Shown here piece after piece: positions 54,064 through 64,000 of a DNA stretch of 64,000 bases. The notes beneath the pieces were generated by a model, which was not told the origin of the DNA, searched no databases, and saw only the letters and a list, made by a program, of their open reading frames with translations. A program made the position numbers and the translations under genes. Source of the stretch: a virus. Taxonomy: Duplodnaviria > Heunggongvirae > Uroviricota > Caudoviricetes. The stretch lies in the IMG/VR virus record IMGVR_UViG_3300046000_008568, positions 94,501 to 158,500 of that record; one strand, 5' to 3'. Position 1 is the stretch's first letter. Each line of letters starts with the position of its first letter.

Positions 54064-55668
54064 ATGGCAGATAATATAAAAATAATAGGACAAGTTTTAG
54101 ATACAAGCCGAGTAAATCGTTATGATTTACAGGATGAACAACTACTTCTTCCTATTGTACAACAAGAAACCTTCGGGAAACCAGAAGACTATGTTGAATA
54201 CTTTGTATTTGATCTAGGAGGAAATGTATTAAATTCAAATTATAACTATAATTCATATAAATTACCTTCAAATTACGGTTATTCCCAAAGTTATCTCCCT
54301 ACACTAGAAATAGACCCAATCCAGGATATTGAAAATTTAGGATATGAATCCGGTGAAGTTACCTCTAGATATAATTTCTTTAGAAAAGTATCAGGAGAGC
54401 CTTTTAGTTCCCAACTCTTTATATCCCAAATATCATCAGACCGAACTGAATTAAGAGTAGGCTCTACTGAGTTAGATGATATTGCTTTAATTGATGTTGC
54501 TAGTAATTTTGCTGATAAGCAATTGGCTGTTCCTTATTATTATTACGTTATACTTAATTTTGGTAATAATAACCAAGTAGTAGCAGTTAATGTATTAAGT
54601 GAAGTAAATGCTTTAGGAGAAGCAAGTTTATTATTTAAATTATACGAAGCACTTCCATCTAATATTACATTAAAAGATAAATTTTGGATTGTAGAAGAGA
54701 TAGTTAATCCTTATATCTATGACCTTAGTTTAAGTAAAGTAATTACTCCTTTACCTCAACCTTATTTAAAAGGACCTAATTTTAATATTGATTTAGAATT
54801 TAAAGATGTAGTACCTACCCAATATAGCAATTTAAATCAATTAATTAACCCATCTGCTGGTCCTTCTTATCCAGTAACACCATCAATAAGTGTTACTCCT
54901 AGTGTAACTATTACTCCTAGTGTAACTGTTACCCCTAGTGTAACACCATCTATAACAGTCAGTGTTACTCCTAGTGTAACTATTACTCCTAGTGTAACAC
55001 CAACAATTTCAGTAAGTGTTACTCCTAGTGCATCACCAGGAAATTCAGTAAGTGCTACTCCTAGTATAACACCGTCAATATCGATTTCGTCTACTCCTAG
55101 TATAACACCGTCAATATCGATTTCGTCTACTCCAAGTGTAACACCGTCAATAACAATCAGTGCTACTCCTAGTGTAACGCCTACAATTTCAATTAGTGCA
55201 ACACCAAGTGTAACACCATCAATATCGATTTCGTCTACTCCTAGTATAACGCCTACAATTTCAATTAGTGCAACACCAAGTGTAACACCATCAATATCGA
55301 TTTCGTCTACTCCTAGTATAACACCTACAATAACAGTAAGTGTTACTCCTAGTATAACACCGTCTTCTTCTGAACCACCAGCAATATTGTTGAAAGAATT
55401 TTTAATATCAAATCTTTCAGATGAGTCTAATGCCTGTAGTCTTCCTATTTCAAACACAGTTTATGTCACTAATACTACTATTGATGGAGGAAATACTACT
55501 GCAACAACTACCTCAGAAATTTATACAAATCCAGCAGGTACAATAACTTTTACTGGTGATGGTGATTATTATGCTCTTTTTTGTGATGACTTAACCAATA
55601 CATTGACAACAAATCAAAGGATTACTCCAGTAGGTACAATAAATGGTAGTGTTGGTGTATGTCTTTAA
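54064..55668 (+). CDS. tail fibre/adhesin protein with a (T/S)PS(I/V)T linker array
   Basis: 534 aa; residues 270-440 consist of TPSVTPSITISATPSV repeats. Confidence 0.5.
   Translation: MADNIKIIGQVLDTSRVNRYDLQDEQLLLPIVQQETFGKPEDYVEYFVFDLGGNVLNSNYNYNSYKLPSNYGYSQSYLPTLEIDPIQDIENLGYESGEVTSRYNFFRKVSGEPFSSQLFISQISSDRTELRVGSTELDDIALIDVASNFADKQLAVPYYYYVILNFGNNNQVVAVNVLSEVNALGEASLLFKLYEALPSNITLKDKFWIVEEIVNPYIYDLSLSKVITPLPQPYLKGPNFNIDLEFKDVVPTQYSNLNQLINPSAGPSYPVTPSISVTPSVTITPSVTVTPSVTPSITVSVTPSVTITPSVTPTISVSVTPSASPGNSVSATPSITPSISISSTPSITPSISISSTPSVTPSITISATPSVTPTISISATPSVTPSISISSTPSITPTISISATPSVTPSISISSTPSITPTITVSVTPSITPSSSEPPAILLKEFLISNLSDESNACSLPISNTVYVTNTTIDGGNTTATTTSEIYTNPAGTITFTGDGDYYALFCDDLTNTLTTNQRITPVGTINGSVGVCL
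54880..55380 (+). repeat. in-frame tandem DNA repeats (about 60-nt units) encoding the Thr-Pro-Ser linker
   Basis: Near-identical 60-nt units at 55141-55200, 55201-55260 and 55261-55320; the same unit family recurs at 62880-63470. Confidence 0.6.
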
Positions 55669-55708
55669 TATTAATTAGGAAATTGTTCATTTGAAAATAA
55701 AATAAAAT

Positions 55709-58700
55709 ATGTCAATATACGCAACTTTAAACTCACTTACCAATCAAGAAATAAACATAAATATAGATTATAGTTTATTAAACGATTTTATTCATTATAG
55801 CTCAGCTGTAAGTAGAATAAATAATTTTATGTATAAGATTGGGGAGATTGAAGGGTATCAATATGAAATTACTACTTTTTCTCCTTTAACATCAAGTAAT
55901 GCTTCTTTAATAAACCAAATAAATAAAGCAAGTTCTAGTTTAAACACAACTATTGCGAATTTTGATGGGTTTGAATCTTATTTATATTTTAATTCTAGTT
56001 CATTAACCTCTTCTATTATACAATATACTTTAGATACGGGTTCATATTTAACATATAATATAGCTCCTTATCCTAAATCAAATCTTGTTCAACCATATAT
56101 TTTATATCCATCATCATCTGTTACTGTTACAAATTGGTATCAAGATGCCATTGAAGTAGCAAGTAATTATGATATAGAAAATAAAGACATATTAATTAAT
56201 ACTATACCTTCCTATATCCTAGATGACCCAGGTAATTATTTACCTTATATTGTTTTTGTTAATATGATAGGCCAATATTTCGATAACATTTGGGTTTACA
56301 TCGATAAAGTAACTGATGTATGGGATAATAATAATAATTTAAACGAAGGTATATCTCAAGATTTAGTATATGATTGGTTGAGATCATTTGGGATGAAATT
56401 ATATAATTCTCAGGGTGACCAAAGTGTATTGGATTATAATGTTGGTGGGTATAGTGGTAGTGTTGAATTTGCTCCAAATTGTCGTACTTACGAATTTACT
56501 AATATTACTAGTTCTCCTTTAACTCAAACTTGGATTAATTGTAATAATACTTTAGGAAGCGCAAATATTTCTGGTTTATTTGCAAGTGTACAAGCCTGTG
56601 CTATATCGGGAAGTTATTCTCCTTTAACCGCAGGTATAACAGTAACAGATTTAGGTCCTTGTTATGATGGAAATTATTCACCATCGAGTAGTTTCTTAAA
56701 TAATATTCCTAAAAAAGAATTAGTATTAGATACTTATAAAAGACTTTATCATAATTTACCTTATTTATTTAAAGGAAAAGGTGCCCATGGTGGTTTACAA
56801 GGACTAATTACATTATTTGGTATTACAGGTTCAATTCTTCCTATTAAAGAATATGGTGGAACAAATGATTATCAAGATTTAAAAGGATATTCACTAAACA
56901 AAATATCATTAGGATCAAATAATCTTACAGGAAGTATATTATCTCCTATAAAACGATTTGAAACTACTACAACATCATCTAGAGCAGTTAAAAGTCAAGA
57001 TTTACATTTTATTGATGTATCTTTTTCTCCTCAAACCCAAATTGATAGCGAAGTATCTGCTTCTATCACAGCAGTAAACCCTAATTGGGTCATTGATGAT
57101 TATATTGCCTACCCAGAAGCGCTTTATTTAGATACTTATCCTTCACTATCATTTCAACGAGATTATTGGTTTGGGCAAACCTTTACACACCCAAATGAAG
57201 GATTTGATTATGCTGGGTTTATTAGATTAATTCAATTCTTTGATAATTCATTATTTAAAATGGTCAAAGATTTTACTCCGGCTAGAGGTAATACTTGGAC
57301 TGGGGTATCTATTAAGTCACCTGTGTTAGAACGTCCTAAGGTACCGGAAGCTAAGCCTATATTTACTGCTTATCCTGATTTGGAAGGTGAAGTTACAGGG
57401 GCTGCTTTAATACCCGTTTATGATCCTTACTATTTTTATTTAGCAGGAGATAAAGAACCTTACTACAATGGTAATATTACAGGATCATTTATTGACACTT
57501 ATGCTCAATTTGAAGAATTAAACAGAAACCCATATTTAGTAAACAATACAGTTGGATATATCCCACCAGGATTTGTTAATGGTAATACAGATTTTATTTT
57601 AGACACTACAGCACCAGCATACGAAAATTTCTTTATTAATTCAGATTTTAATGCCTTACAAAATAATGAATTTGTAAGTTTAACTTCTAAATATAGAAAA
57701 AAATTAATTCCTATATTATCTACAGATTCTTTAGGAAGAGCATTTACTTCTTATTCAATAACAGGAGCTGTTCAACTTCAAGATTCATATTTAAGTGATA
57801 CATCATATGTTAATTCAAGATATAATGGTGTACAACTTTATAGCACTATTTATAATACATGGACTGAGGGAGACCGATCATATGGTCTTACCCCAGTAAT
57901 AAATTATAATACTAAAAAACTTGGTTTATTTACTGAGGTTGTAGATAGTGTATTGCCTTATAAAAGTAATGTTACTTTAAAATATTTAGTTGATGAAGAC
58001 GGAAAACTTACTGAATTGAATCAACGTAATAGAAACTGGTGTGAGGTTCAAAATACATTTGAAACTGGGGAAACATTAAATGTATCTTTATTTAATACAC
58101 AACAATATTCAAATCAATATGCTACTAATGGTAATAGAGTAATCCATGAAAGCGGGTATGCTTACTACCCAGTACTATATTTTTTTGGTGCTTCTGCACC
58201 AACTGCATCTCAATTTATACCTTTTTATAATCCAACAGGCCAATTAGGAGTATTAGGTACTAATTTCTTTAATAATCATCCCTCAGGAGGTAACTTTATT
58301 CCTGCTGCAAATTATACTTCTGCTAGTAATGGGGGGTCATATGAAGTATGGAATATGTTTAATATAACAGGTTCACCAGGAGCCCAACCAATTTCACTAT
58401 TTTCTCAAGTTAATTTCCCTACAAGTTATTTTGGTGATTCATTCTTTACAGGTTCTGGGCCTGGTGTTGTTGATGATAATGGATTAAGAGTTACTTCTTC
58501 ATATTATATAGTTCCAAGTACTGGAGTTTATGATTTTTCACATGATTTTGAAGTAACTGTAACTGGAGATGTTGGGGCTATTTTTACAGGTAGTATGGAA
58601 ATCTGGTTGAGTAGTTCAATAAATCAAACATTTTCTAAACAAATTTCTACTGAATTATCAGTTAAAATAGAGCCGGGAGTATGGAATGGATTATTAGGCA

Positions 58701-59782
58701 ATCAAAACTGGCTGGCATCCTCTCAAAATTCTTACATTGTAGATACTGGGGAGTTTGTTACTATATTTAACCAGTATGTTATAAATGAATATGGTGGAAT
58801 ATCTGCAACTTGTGGACAATCTCCTGATAGTACATTTCTAGTAAACCCTTCAGATACTATATATAGAAAATATAATGCATATTTTGATAGAGATTACCAA
58901 GCTGTACTTTGGGGTACTTTTTGGATAGCTGATGATCTTAATCCTCTTCAAAATGATAATTGGAGAACATGTAAAAAATATAAAGACTTATCTCTATGTT
59001 CTGGAAACCCAACATCAACATTAAGATTTACAAATAACTGGCTACTTGATACTAATCAATCTGCTACATTTGGGGTTGGAGATATTGTATCTTTTAGATT
59101 TTTATGCCAAACTACATCCTCAGGGGCTAATAAAATAGAATCAGCATCGTTAAGTTCATTTATTGAAAGTACAGCATATACTCCTTTTTGGGTATTTTCT
59201 GGGACTAGTTATTCTCCCGGAGTATTAAAAGTTACTCCTACTAATAATGCTCAAGTAGCAACAGCTTCTATTTGTACAGATCAACCCAATAATTCATTTG
59301 TTTTAGGACAGAATTTATCTAATTTTTATTCCCCAGATTATTTTTTCAATCCATTAGCTACAAACTACTCAGCATCATATGCTACCTTATATCAAGAATA
59401 TGGTTATATTGCTTATCCTTTTCAATTAGAATCTTATGATAAAATATTAATTCAAATTGAAGGAGCTAATGGTTTTCTATTTGAATATAATATAGATCAA
59501 GTAGCTATTGATGGTAATGGTAATCTTAATATATTAATAAAGGAAGATATAAATGGGTATTTTAGAGACAAAACATGTAATACATTTTATAAAATAGTAT
59601 TTTTAAAACGAGTCCCTGATGAAACTAGTATTTTTATTAATCTAATAAAACCACCAGGAAAAACATCTTATGGATTTATAATTCCCGAAAATATATCCTT
59701 AGATGTAATGAATAACATAGATAACATTACTAAAAACGTTAAATTACAGTTATTAGATGCTGGAAGTAATGTAATTGTATAA
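55709..59782 (+). CDS. large tail fibre/baseplate structural protein
   Basis: 1357 aa, Asn/Ser/Thr/Tyr-rich. Confidence 0.5.
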   Translation: MSIYATLNSLTNQEININIDYSLLNDFIHYSSAVSRINNFMYKIGEIEGYQYEITTFSPLTSSNASLINQINKASSSLNTTIANFDGFESYLYFNSSSLTSSIIQYTLDTGSYLTYNIAPYPKSNLVQPYILYPSSSVTVTNWYQDAIEVASNYDIENKDILINTIPSYILDDPGNYLPYIVFVNMIGQYFDNIWVYIDKVTDVWDNNNNLNEGISQDLVYDWLRSFGMKLYNSQGDQSVLDYNVGGYSGSVEFAPNCRTYEFTNITSSPLTQTWINCNNTLGSANISGLFASVQACAISGSYSPLTAGITVTDLGPCYDGNYSPSSSFLNNIPKKELVLDTYKRLYHNLPYLFKGKGAHGGLQGLITLFGITGSILPIKEYGGTNDYQDLKGYSLNKISLGSNNLTGSILSPIKRFETTTTSSRAVKSQDLHFIDVSFSPQTQIDSEVSASITAVNPNWVIDDYIAYPEALYLDTYPSLSFQRDYWFGQTFTHPNEGFDYAGFIRLIQFFDNSLFKMVKDFTPARGNTWTGVSIKSPVLERPKVPEAKPIFTAYPDLEGEVTGAALIPVYDPYYFYLAGDKEPYYNGNITGSFIDTYAQFEELNRNPYLVNNTVGYIPPGFVNGNTDFILDTTAPAYENFFINSDFNALQNNEFVSLTSKYRKKLIPILSTDSLGRAFTSYSITGAVQLQDSYLSDTSYVNSRYNGVQLYSTIYNTWTEGDRSYGLTPVINYNTKKLGLFTEVVDSVLPYKSNVTLKYLVDEDGKLTELNQRNRNWCEVQNTFETGETLNVSLFNTQQYSNQYATNGNRVIHESGYAYYPVLYFFGASAPTASQFIPFYNPTGQLGVLGTNFFNNHPSGGNFIPAANYTSASNGGSYEVWNMFNITGSPGAQPISLFSQVNFPTSYFGDSFFTGSGPGVVDDNGLRVTSSYYIVPSTGVYDFSHDFEVTVTGDVGAIFTGSMEIWLSSSINQTFSKQISTELSVKIEPGVWNGLLGNQNWLASSQNSYIVDTGEFVTIFNQYVINEYGGISATCGQSPDSTFLVNPSDTIYRKYNAYFDRDYQAVLWGTFWIADDLNPLQNDNWRTCKKYKDLSLCSGNPTSTLRFTNNWLLDTNQSATFGVGDIVSFRFLCQTTSSGANKIESASLSSFIESTAYTPFWVFSGTSYSPGVLKVTPTNNAQVATASICTDQPNNSFVLGQNLSNFYSPDYFFNPLATNYSASYATLYQEYGYIAYPFQLESYDKILIQIEGANGFLFEYNIDQVAIDGNGNLNILIKEDINGYFRDKTCNTFYKIVFLKRVPDETSIFINLIKPPGKTSYGFIIPENISLDVMNNIDNITKNVKLQLLDAGSNVIV

Positions 59783-59827
59783 AAGACATAAAACACAAAT
59801 ATTTATAAACAAATAATTAATTAATAA

Positions 59828-60490
59828 ATGGCTATATTAAATAACAATACTGTAACAATTGATGCAGTTTTAACAGCTAAAGGTAGAGAATTGCTAGCTA
59901 GAAACGATGGTTCTTTTAGAATTACACAATTCTCTTTGGCAGACGACGAAGTGGATTATACATTATATAATCCATCGCAACCATCAGGATCTGCGTTTTA
60001 CGGACAAGCAATTGAAGCTATGCCTGTAATGGAAGCATTCCCAGATGATACGCAAATTATGATTTATAAATTAGTAACTTTACCTAGAGGTACAGCTAAA
60101 TTACCTGTAATTAATGTTGGATACAATAGTATCTCATTAAAACAAGGAGCTACATTAACCATTACTCCTCAAACATTAAATTACTTAGGTGCTACTAGTA
60201 CATTTGAAGCTAATGGGTACGCTATTACAATTGCTGATGTTAGATTCTTATCTACATTCTCGGCAACAGGCGTCCCAGGCTCAACAACTACACCAACAGG
60301 TGTTACGTCAACAGTAGGTTCACAATTAAGCCAAACTATTATAGGTACTTCGTTTACATTAACTGGTACTACAATTAATACATTATTTGGTTCTGGTTTA
60401 AATCAAATTACAACTACTTTAACAGTACTAGGTAGAGATTCAGGAGCCAGAATTACAATTCCAGTAACAATCACAAAATCAAATTCATAA
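59828..60490 (+). CDS. virion structural protein
   Basis: 220 aa. Confidence 0.4.
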   Translation: MAILNNNTVTIDAVLTAKGRELLARNDGSFRITQFSLADDEVDYTLYNPSQPSGSAFYGQAIEAMPVMEAFPDDTQIMIYKLVTLPRGTAKLPVINVGYNSISLKQGATLTITPQTLNYLGATSTFEANGYAITIADVRFLSTFSATGVPGSTTTPTGVTSTVGSQLSQTIIGTSFTLTGTTINTLFGSGLNQITTTLTVLGRDSGARITIPVTITKSNS

Positions 60491-60496
60491 TAATAT

Positions 60497-61519
60497 ATGT
60501 CATTCGTAAGATATAACCCAGAAGACTCAGTAGTAAGTACAGAAACCGTAGTAAGACCAATGTGGAGTGGTGACCTTAACACATTAACTACTTTTTATAC
60601 TTCTAGTGTAATTACTAGCTCATTTTATATAAATGTATATAGTGCATATCCCGGAGCCCTAAATGCTACTACAGAATCGGTTCAAATGGCCATTCAATAT
60701 GGAAACAAATATGGTAGTGGTTCATCCTATATAAACCCCGCTGCAACTACTATAATGCCGGATGGTTCATCTTTAACTACTTCTAGAGTTGTTTACGGAC
60801 AATATAGAACATTATTGTTAGGAACAGAAAGTGGAAGTTTTGATTTTGGAAATGATAATCCAAATGATATTTATATTATAAATGTTGCTAGAAATAGATA
60901 TAAAGAACACCTTCAACCGGGTTCTATGACATTAAATCTAAAAAATGGTGCCGCAACAATTGTTTTAACAGATAATAGTCAAATAACATCTACAACTAAC
61001 TACACAACTGCTGGTACTTTATATTATACTTTAATTTCAGGTAGTGCCGGGGCTGCGGCTACGGCGGCTAATTCAGCCTCTATTTATGGTTATATGTATC
61101 CGGACAGTGATATTATTATTCTTAATCCAACAGCATTAAGCAAATCAATACCAGATGGTGGTTTAGCTTTTACTCCAACCGTATCCTCTCCGGGGACTAA
61201 TAATAGCATTCAACAAGGATTTTATCAAATAATGTCCGCTAGTGCTAATTTTGCTCTTCAATCAGCTGAAAATGTATCTGCTCATTATTTCTTTACAAGA
61301 GTAAAAAATCAAGATTTTAACTATACCACTAATCCTTCTATTATAGATGCTAATGGTAATTTAATTTATACTACATTAATTAATAATCCACAAACGTTTA
61401 TAACAACTGTTGGATTATATAATGATACTAATGAATTGTTAGCCGTAGCTAAATTAAGTAGACCGTTAGTAAAAGACTTTACTAAAGAAGCCCTTATAAA
61501 AGTAAAATTAGACTATTAA
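60497..61519 (+). CDS. virion structural protein
   Basis: 340 aa. Confidence 0.4.
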   Translation: MSFVRYNPEDSVVSTETVVRPMWSGDLNTLTTFYTSSVITSSFYINVYSAYPGALNATTESVQMAIQYGNKYGSGSSYINPAATTIMPDGSSLTTSRVVYGQYRTLLLGTESGSFDFGNDNPNDIYIINVARNRYKEHLQPGSMTLNLKNGAATIVLTDNSQITSTTNYTTAGTLYYTLISGSAGAAATAANSASIYGYMYPDSDIIILNPTALSKSIPDGGLAFTPTVSSPGTNNSIQQGFYQIMSASANFALQSAENVSAHYFFTRVKNQDFNYTTNPSIIDANGNLIYTTLINNPQTFITTVGLYNDTNELLAVAKLSRPLVKDFTKEALIKVKLDY

Positions 61520-61540
61520 TCTAAATAATAATGTTACTAC

Positions 61541-64000
61541 ATGGGATCATTCAAACAGTTAAAATCATCAGATGTTATAACAGTACCCGTTATAGCCAAT
61601 AAAACTTGGAATTTTAACTACTGTCCTATTCCATCTACTGATCCTTATATTTCAGTGTATAATGGGACTAACTATACTAATTCTTTTAATCCGGGTAATG
61701 AGCCTTCGACTAATACACATTACGATAGGTTAACCTATAGACAAATTAATCAGTTATTTTATCATCAATACTCAGGAAGTCTAAATACGGCTTCCTTGGC
61801 TTCTTCTATTCATTATTTATCTGCTAGCAGTCAACATCCATCGGCTTCGTTTTTTAATTTTAATAACGATCCTGCTTTTATTTCATATTTTCCTACAGGA
61901 GCAAATGAAACTATTAGGGTAATTCAGATATCTCCGGATGCTTATGGTAATAAGGTTTTACCATATTCATTTCAAATGTCATCGTCTCAATATAGTTTTT
62001 ATGATGATGGTAAAGGAAATATTTATGATAATTTTAGTGGTCCTACTCCTATTTTTGTAGGTAATATATTTTATCCTGAAGGTACTATTGTTATTACAAG
62101 TCAAACTTATCAGAATGTATTTGTTTTACCGGCAGTTGCTTATGATGATGTTTACACTATAGTAAGAAATGATTATCTAAATCCTGCTACATTTTCTTTT
62201 TATCCATTAATAAATGATGATTTACGAGGAAATACACTAGTAAATAATTCAATTCAAATATTTGGAGGTAATGCTAGTTTCTTTAGTACGGGTTCAAATA
62301 ATTCCGTGTCTTTATCTTTCTCTGGTCTAGGCATAGGAACATATCAGACATTTTATACATTTTTTACTACAGGCTCTTATTGTGCTCCCTTAATGAGTAG
62401 CACAGCTAGTATTACTGTTAATGTAACTGATCCTGATTGTGAATTTGAAATTAAAATTATAATTCCTCCCCCATATCCACCTAGTTTATCTCCTAGCCCA
62501 ACAGTTACACCATCAATAACAGTAACTCCATCAATTACCGTTACTCCTAGCTTAACACCTAGTAGAACAATAACACCAACAGTTACACCATCAATAACAG
62601 CAACGCCAACAGTAACACCAACACCATCTCCTTCAACACCATTTGAATTTAGAGATGCTAAAGGATGTTGTGATGGATCGTATCAAGTAATATCTATACC
62701 GGCAGCCTATGGTGGTGGGTGGTATGTTACCACTACTGGTCAATGTTATAGTGTAGGAGATGATCCAACACCAGGGCCAGCAACTATTATTTGGGATGGA
62801 GGAACATTATATGCTGATTGTGCTGCTTGTACAAGTGTTAATTTATGTCCTTCACCATCACCAACACCTACAAAATCAGCTACTCCAAGTGTAACGCCAT
62901 CTATAACAGTGTCTCCTAGTGTAACACCATCTAAAACACCAAGTGTAACGCCTACAATATCAATTAGTAGAACACCTAGTGTAACTCCGTCTTCTTCGCC
63001 ACCGGTTGATTGTAATTGTTATGAATATGAATTTGAAGCACTTTCAGATGGGTATGTTTGTTATACAGATTGTATTAGTGGAGATAATATTTGTGATTTC
63101 TATGCTGCTGGAACTTATACATCTAATTGTGTAAGGGCAAATACTTTAGGTGGAAATATTTCAATTGAAACCGCTACGCTTTGTGGTAATTGGTGTGTTT
63201 CCTCAAGTCCAACTCCAACACCAACTAAGACTCAAACACCATCAATTTCAATAACACCTACTATTTCGATTAGTAGAACACCTAGTGTAACGCCTACAAT
63301 TAGTATAACTCCGTCTATATCAATTAGTATAACACCGACAGTAACGCCAACAATTTCAATTAGTGCTACTCCTAGTATAACACCGTCAATAACAATCAGT
63401 GCTACTCCAAGTGTAACGCCTACAATTTCAATTAGTGCTACTCCTAGTGTAACGCCTTCTCCTTCTACAACTACTATATCCTCTCCAACCTCACTAAATA
63501 TAGGAGAAACCAGTAACCAAGCTTGTTCTGGAACTGGGGGAGCAGCACTTGTTTGTTTTGTTGGTGGTATTGATTTATGTACTGCTACTTCATTAAGAGA
63601 TAGTGATGGAGTTATTTGTTTCTTAACTCCTCCTCAAGATGGGTGGTATTCAGATGGGTTTGATGTTCGATATTGGGACGGGTCAGCATTTACAACAAGT
63701 TGTACTGTATGTTTATCACCATCACCATCACCAACACCAACACCAACAAAAACTGTCACACCAACCCCTAGTATAACACCATCTCCATCAGGGCCAGCAT
63801 GTGAAATTATTACATTTAACTTTGGTGTAACTAAAACTGGGGCTTGCTCAGAATTTGCAGACTTTGCTGATTTTGGTTTATTAGATGGAGATTTTTTATG
63901 TAGTGGAGGAATGACTTTACTAAATAGTAATGGAGTCAGTTGTTTGGGGGTTGCTAGCTCTATTTGGATAGCTACTCTTGGTGGTGGTTCGGGTGCTGAT
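61541..64000 (+). CDS. large modular adhesin/fibre protein, 3' end outside window
   Basis: Frame open from the ATG at 61541 to the window end (820 codons); not in the ORF track because it has no stop; four Cys-rich modules separated by PTPT/TPSITPS linkers. Confidence 0.5.
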   Translation, partial: MGSFKQLKSSDVITVPVIANKTWNFNYCPIPSTDPYISVYNGTNYTNSFNPGNEPSTNTHYDRLTYRQINQLFYHQYSGSLNTASLASSIHYLSASSQHPSASFFNFNNDPAFISYFPTGANETIRVIQISPDAYGNKVLPYSFQMSSSQYSFYDDGKGNIYDNFSGPTPIFVGNIFYPEGTIVITSQTYQNVFVLPAVAYDDVYTIVRNDYLNPATFSFYPLINDDLRGNTLVNNSIQIFGGNASFFSTGSNNSVSLSFSGLGIGTYQTFYTFFTTGSYCAPLMSSTASITVNVTDPDCEFEIKIIIPPPYPPSLSPSPTVTPSITVTPSITVTPSLTPSRTITPTVTPSITATPTVTPTPSPSTPFEFRDAKGCCDGSYQVISIPAAYGGGWYVTTTGQCYSVGDDPTPGPATIIWDGGTLYADCAACTSVNLCPSPSPTPTKSATPSVTPSITVSPSVTPSKTPSVTPTISISRTPSVTPSSSPPVDCNCYEYEFEALSDGYVCYTDCISGDNICDFYAAGTYTSNCVRANTLGGNISIETATLCGNWCVSSSPTPTPTKTQTPSISITPTISISRTPSVTPTISITPSISISITPTVTPTISISATPSITPSITISATPSVTPTISISATPSVTPSPSTTTISSPTSLNIGETSNQACSGTGGAALVCFVGGIDLCTATSLRDSDGVICFLTPPQDGWYSDGFDVRYWDGSAFTTSCTVCLSPSPSPTPTPTKTVTPTPSITPSPSGPACEIITFNFGVTKTGACSEFADFADFGLLDGDFLCSGGMTLLNSNGVSCLGVASSIWIATLGGGSGAD
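62460..63480 (+). repeat. Thr-Pro-Ser linker repeats homologous at DNA level to those at 54880-55380
   Basis: AGTGTAACGCCTACAATTTCAATTAGTGCTACTCCTAGT units shared with the gene at 54064-55668. Confidence 0.55.

Overview
Unidirectional, AT-rich (about 30% GC) segment of a large tailed-phage genome. Every credible gene is on the + strand. Tight ATGA/TAATG overlaps, rho-independent terminators and bacterial-type tRNAs point to a bacterial host. The codon and leader style suggest a low-GC, possibly Bacteroidota-like host, but this is not proven. Layout in order: (1) 0.2-12.8 kb, a nucleotide-sugar and glycosylation island with GDP-mannose 4,6-dehydratase, two DegT-type aminotransferases, a PglD/NeuD-like acetyltransferase, a sugar-phosphate nucleotidyltransferase, a SAM methyltransferase and at least six glycosyltransferases. 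(2) 12.8-16.3 kb, small hypothetical genes. (3) 16.6-20.5 kb, a dense array of about 22 tRNA genes interrupted by an HNH endonuclease gene and several structured non-coding gaps. (4) 23.5-27.4 kb, an RNA-repair cassette with a HAD phosphatase, two metallophosphoesterases, a P-loop polynucleotide-kinase-like protein and an Rnl2-family RNA ligase. (5) 27.4-45.9 kb, a hyperplastic early region of about 50 small ORFs. Many are individually flanked by a conserved promoter/leader cassette (consensus TTCGTAnnTTTATAGCAGAGTTAAAA, then an A/T spacer, then AAGGTTATG) and by recurring hairpin terminators. Inside this region are three compositional anomalies: a 50% GC foreign gene at 38.55-39.11 kb, a 986-bp stretch with no cytosine on the coding strand at 41.92-42.91 kb, and a roughly 60% GC non-coding island with (GC)n tracts at 43.15-43.55 kb. 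(6) 46.2-64.0 kb, the start of the late/structural module: a T4 gp55-like late sigma factor, a gp25-like and a gp6/J-like baseplate protein, and very large fibre/adhesin proteins with DNA-level tandem Thr-Pro-Ser repeats and Cys-rich modules. The last ORF runs off the window end. All calls come from reading the sequence and ORF track by eye. No database search or folding program was run, so coordinates of RNA features are approximate to a few nucleotides.
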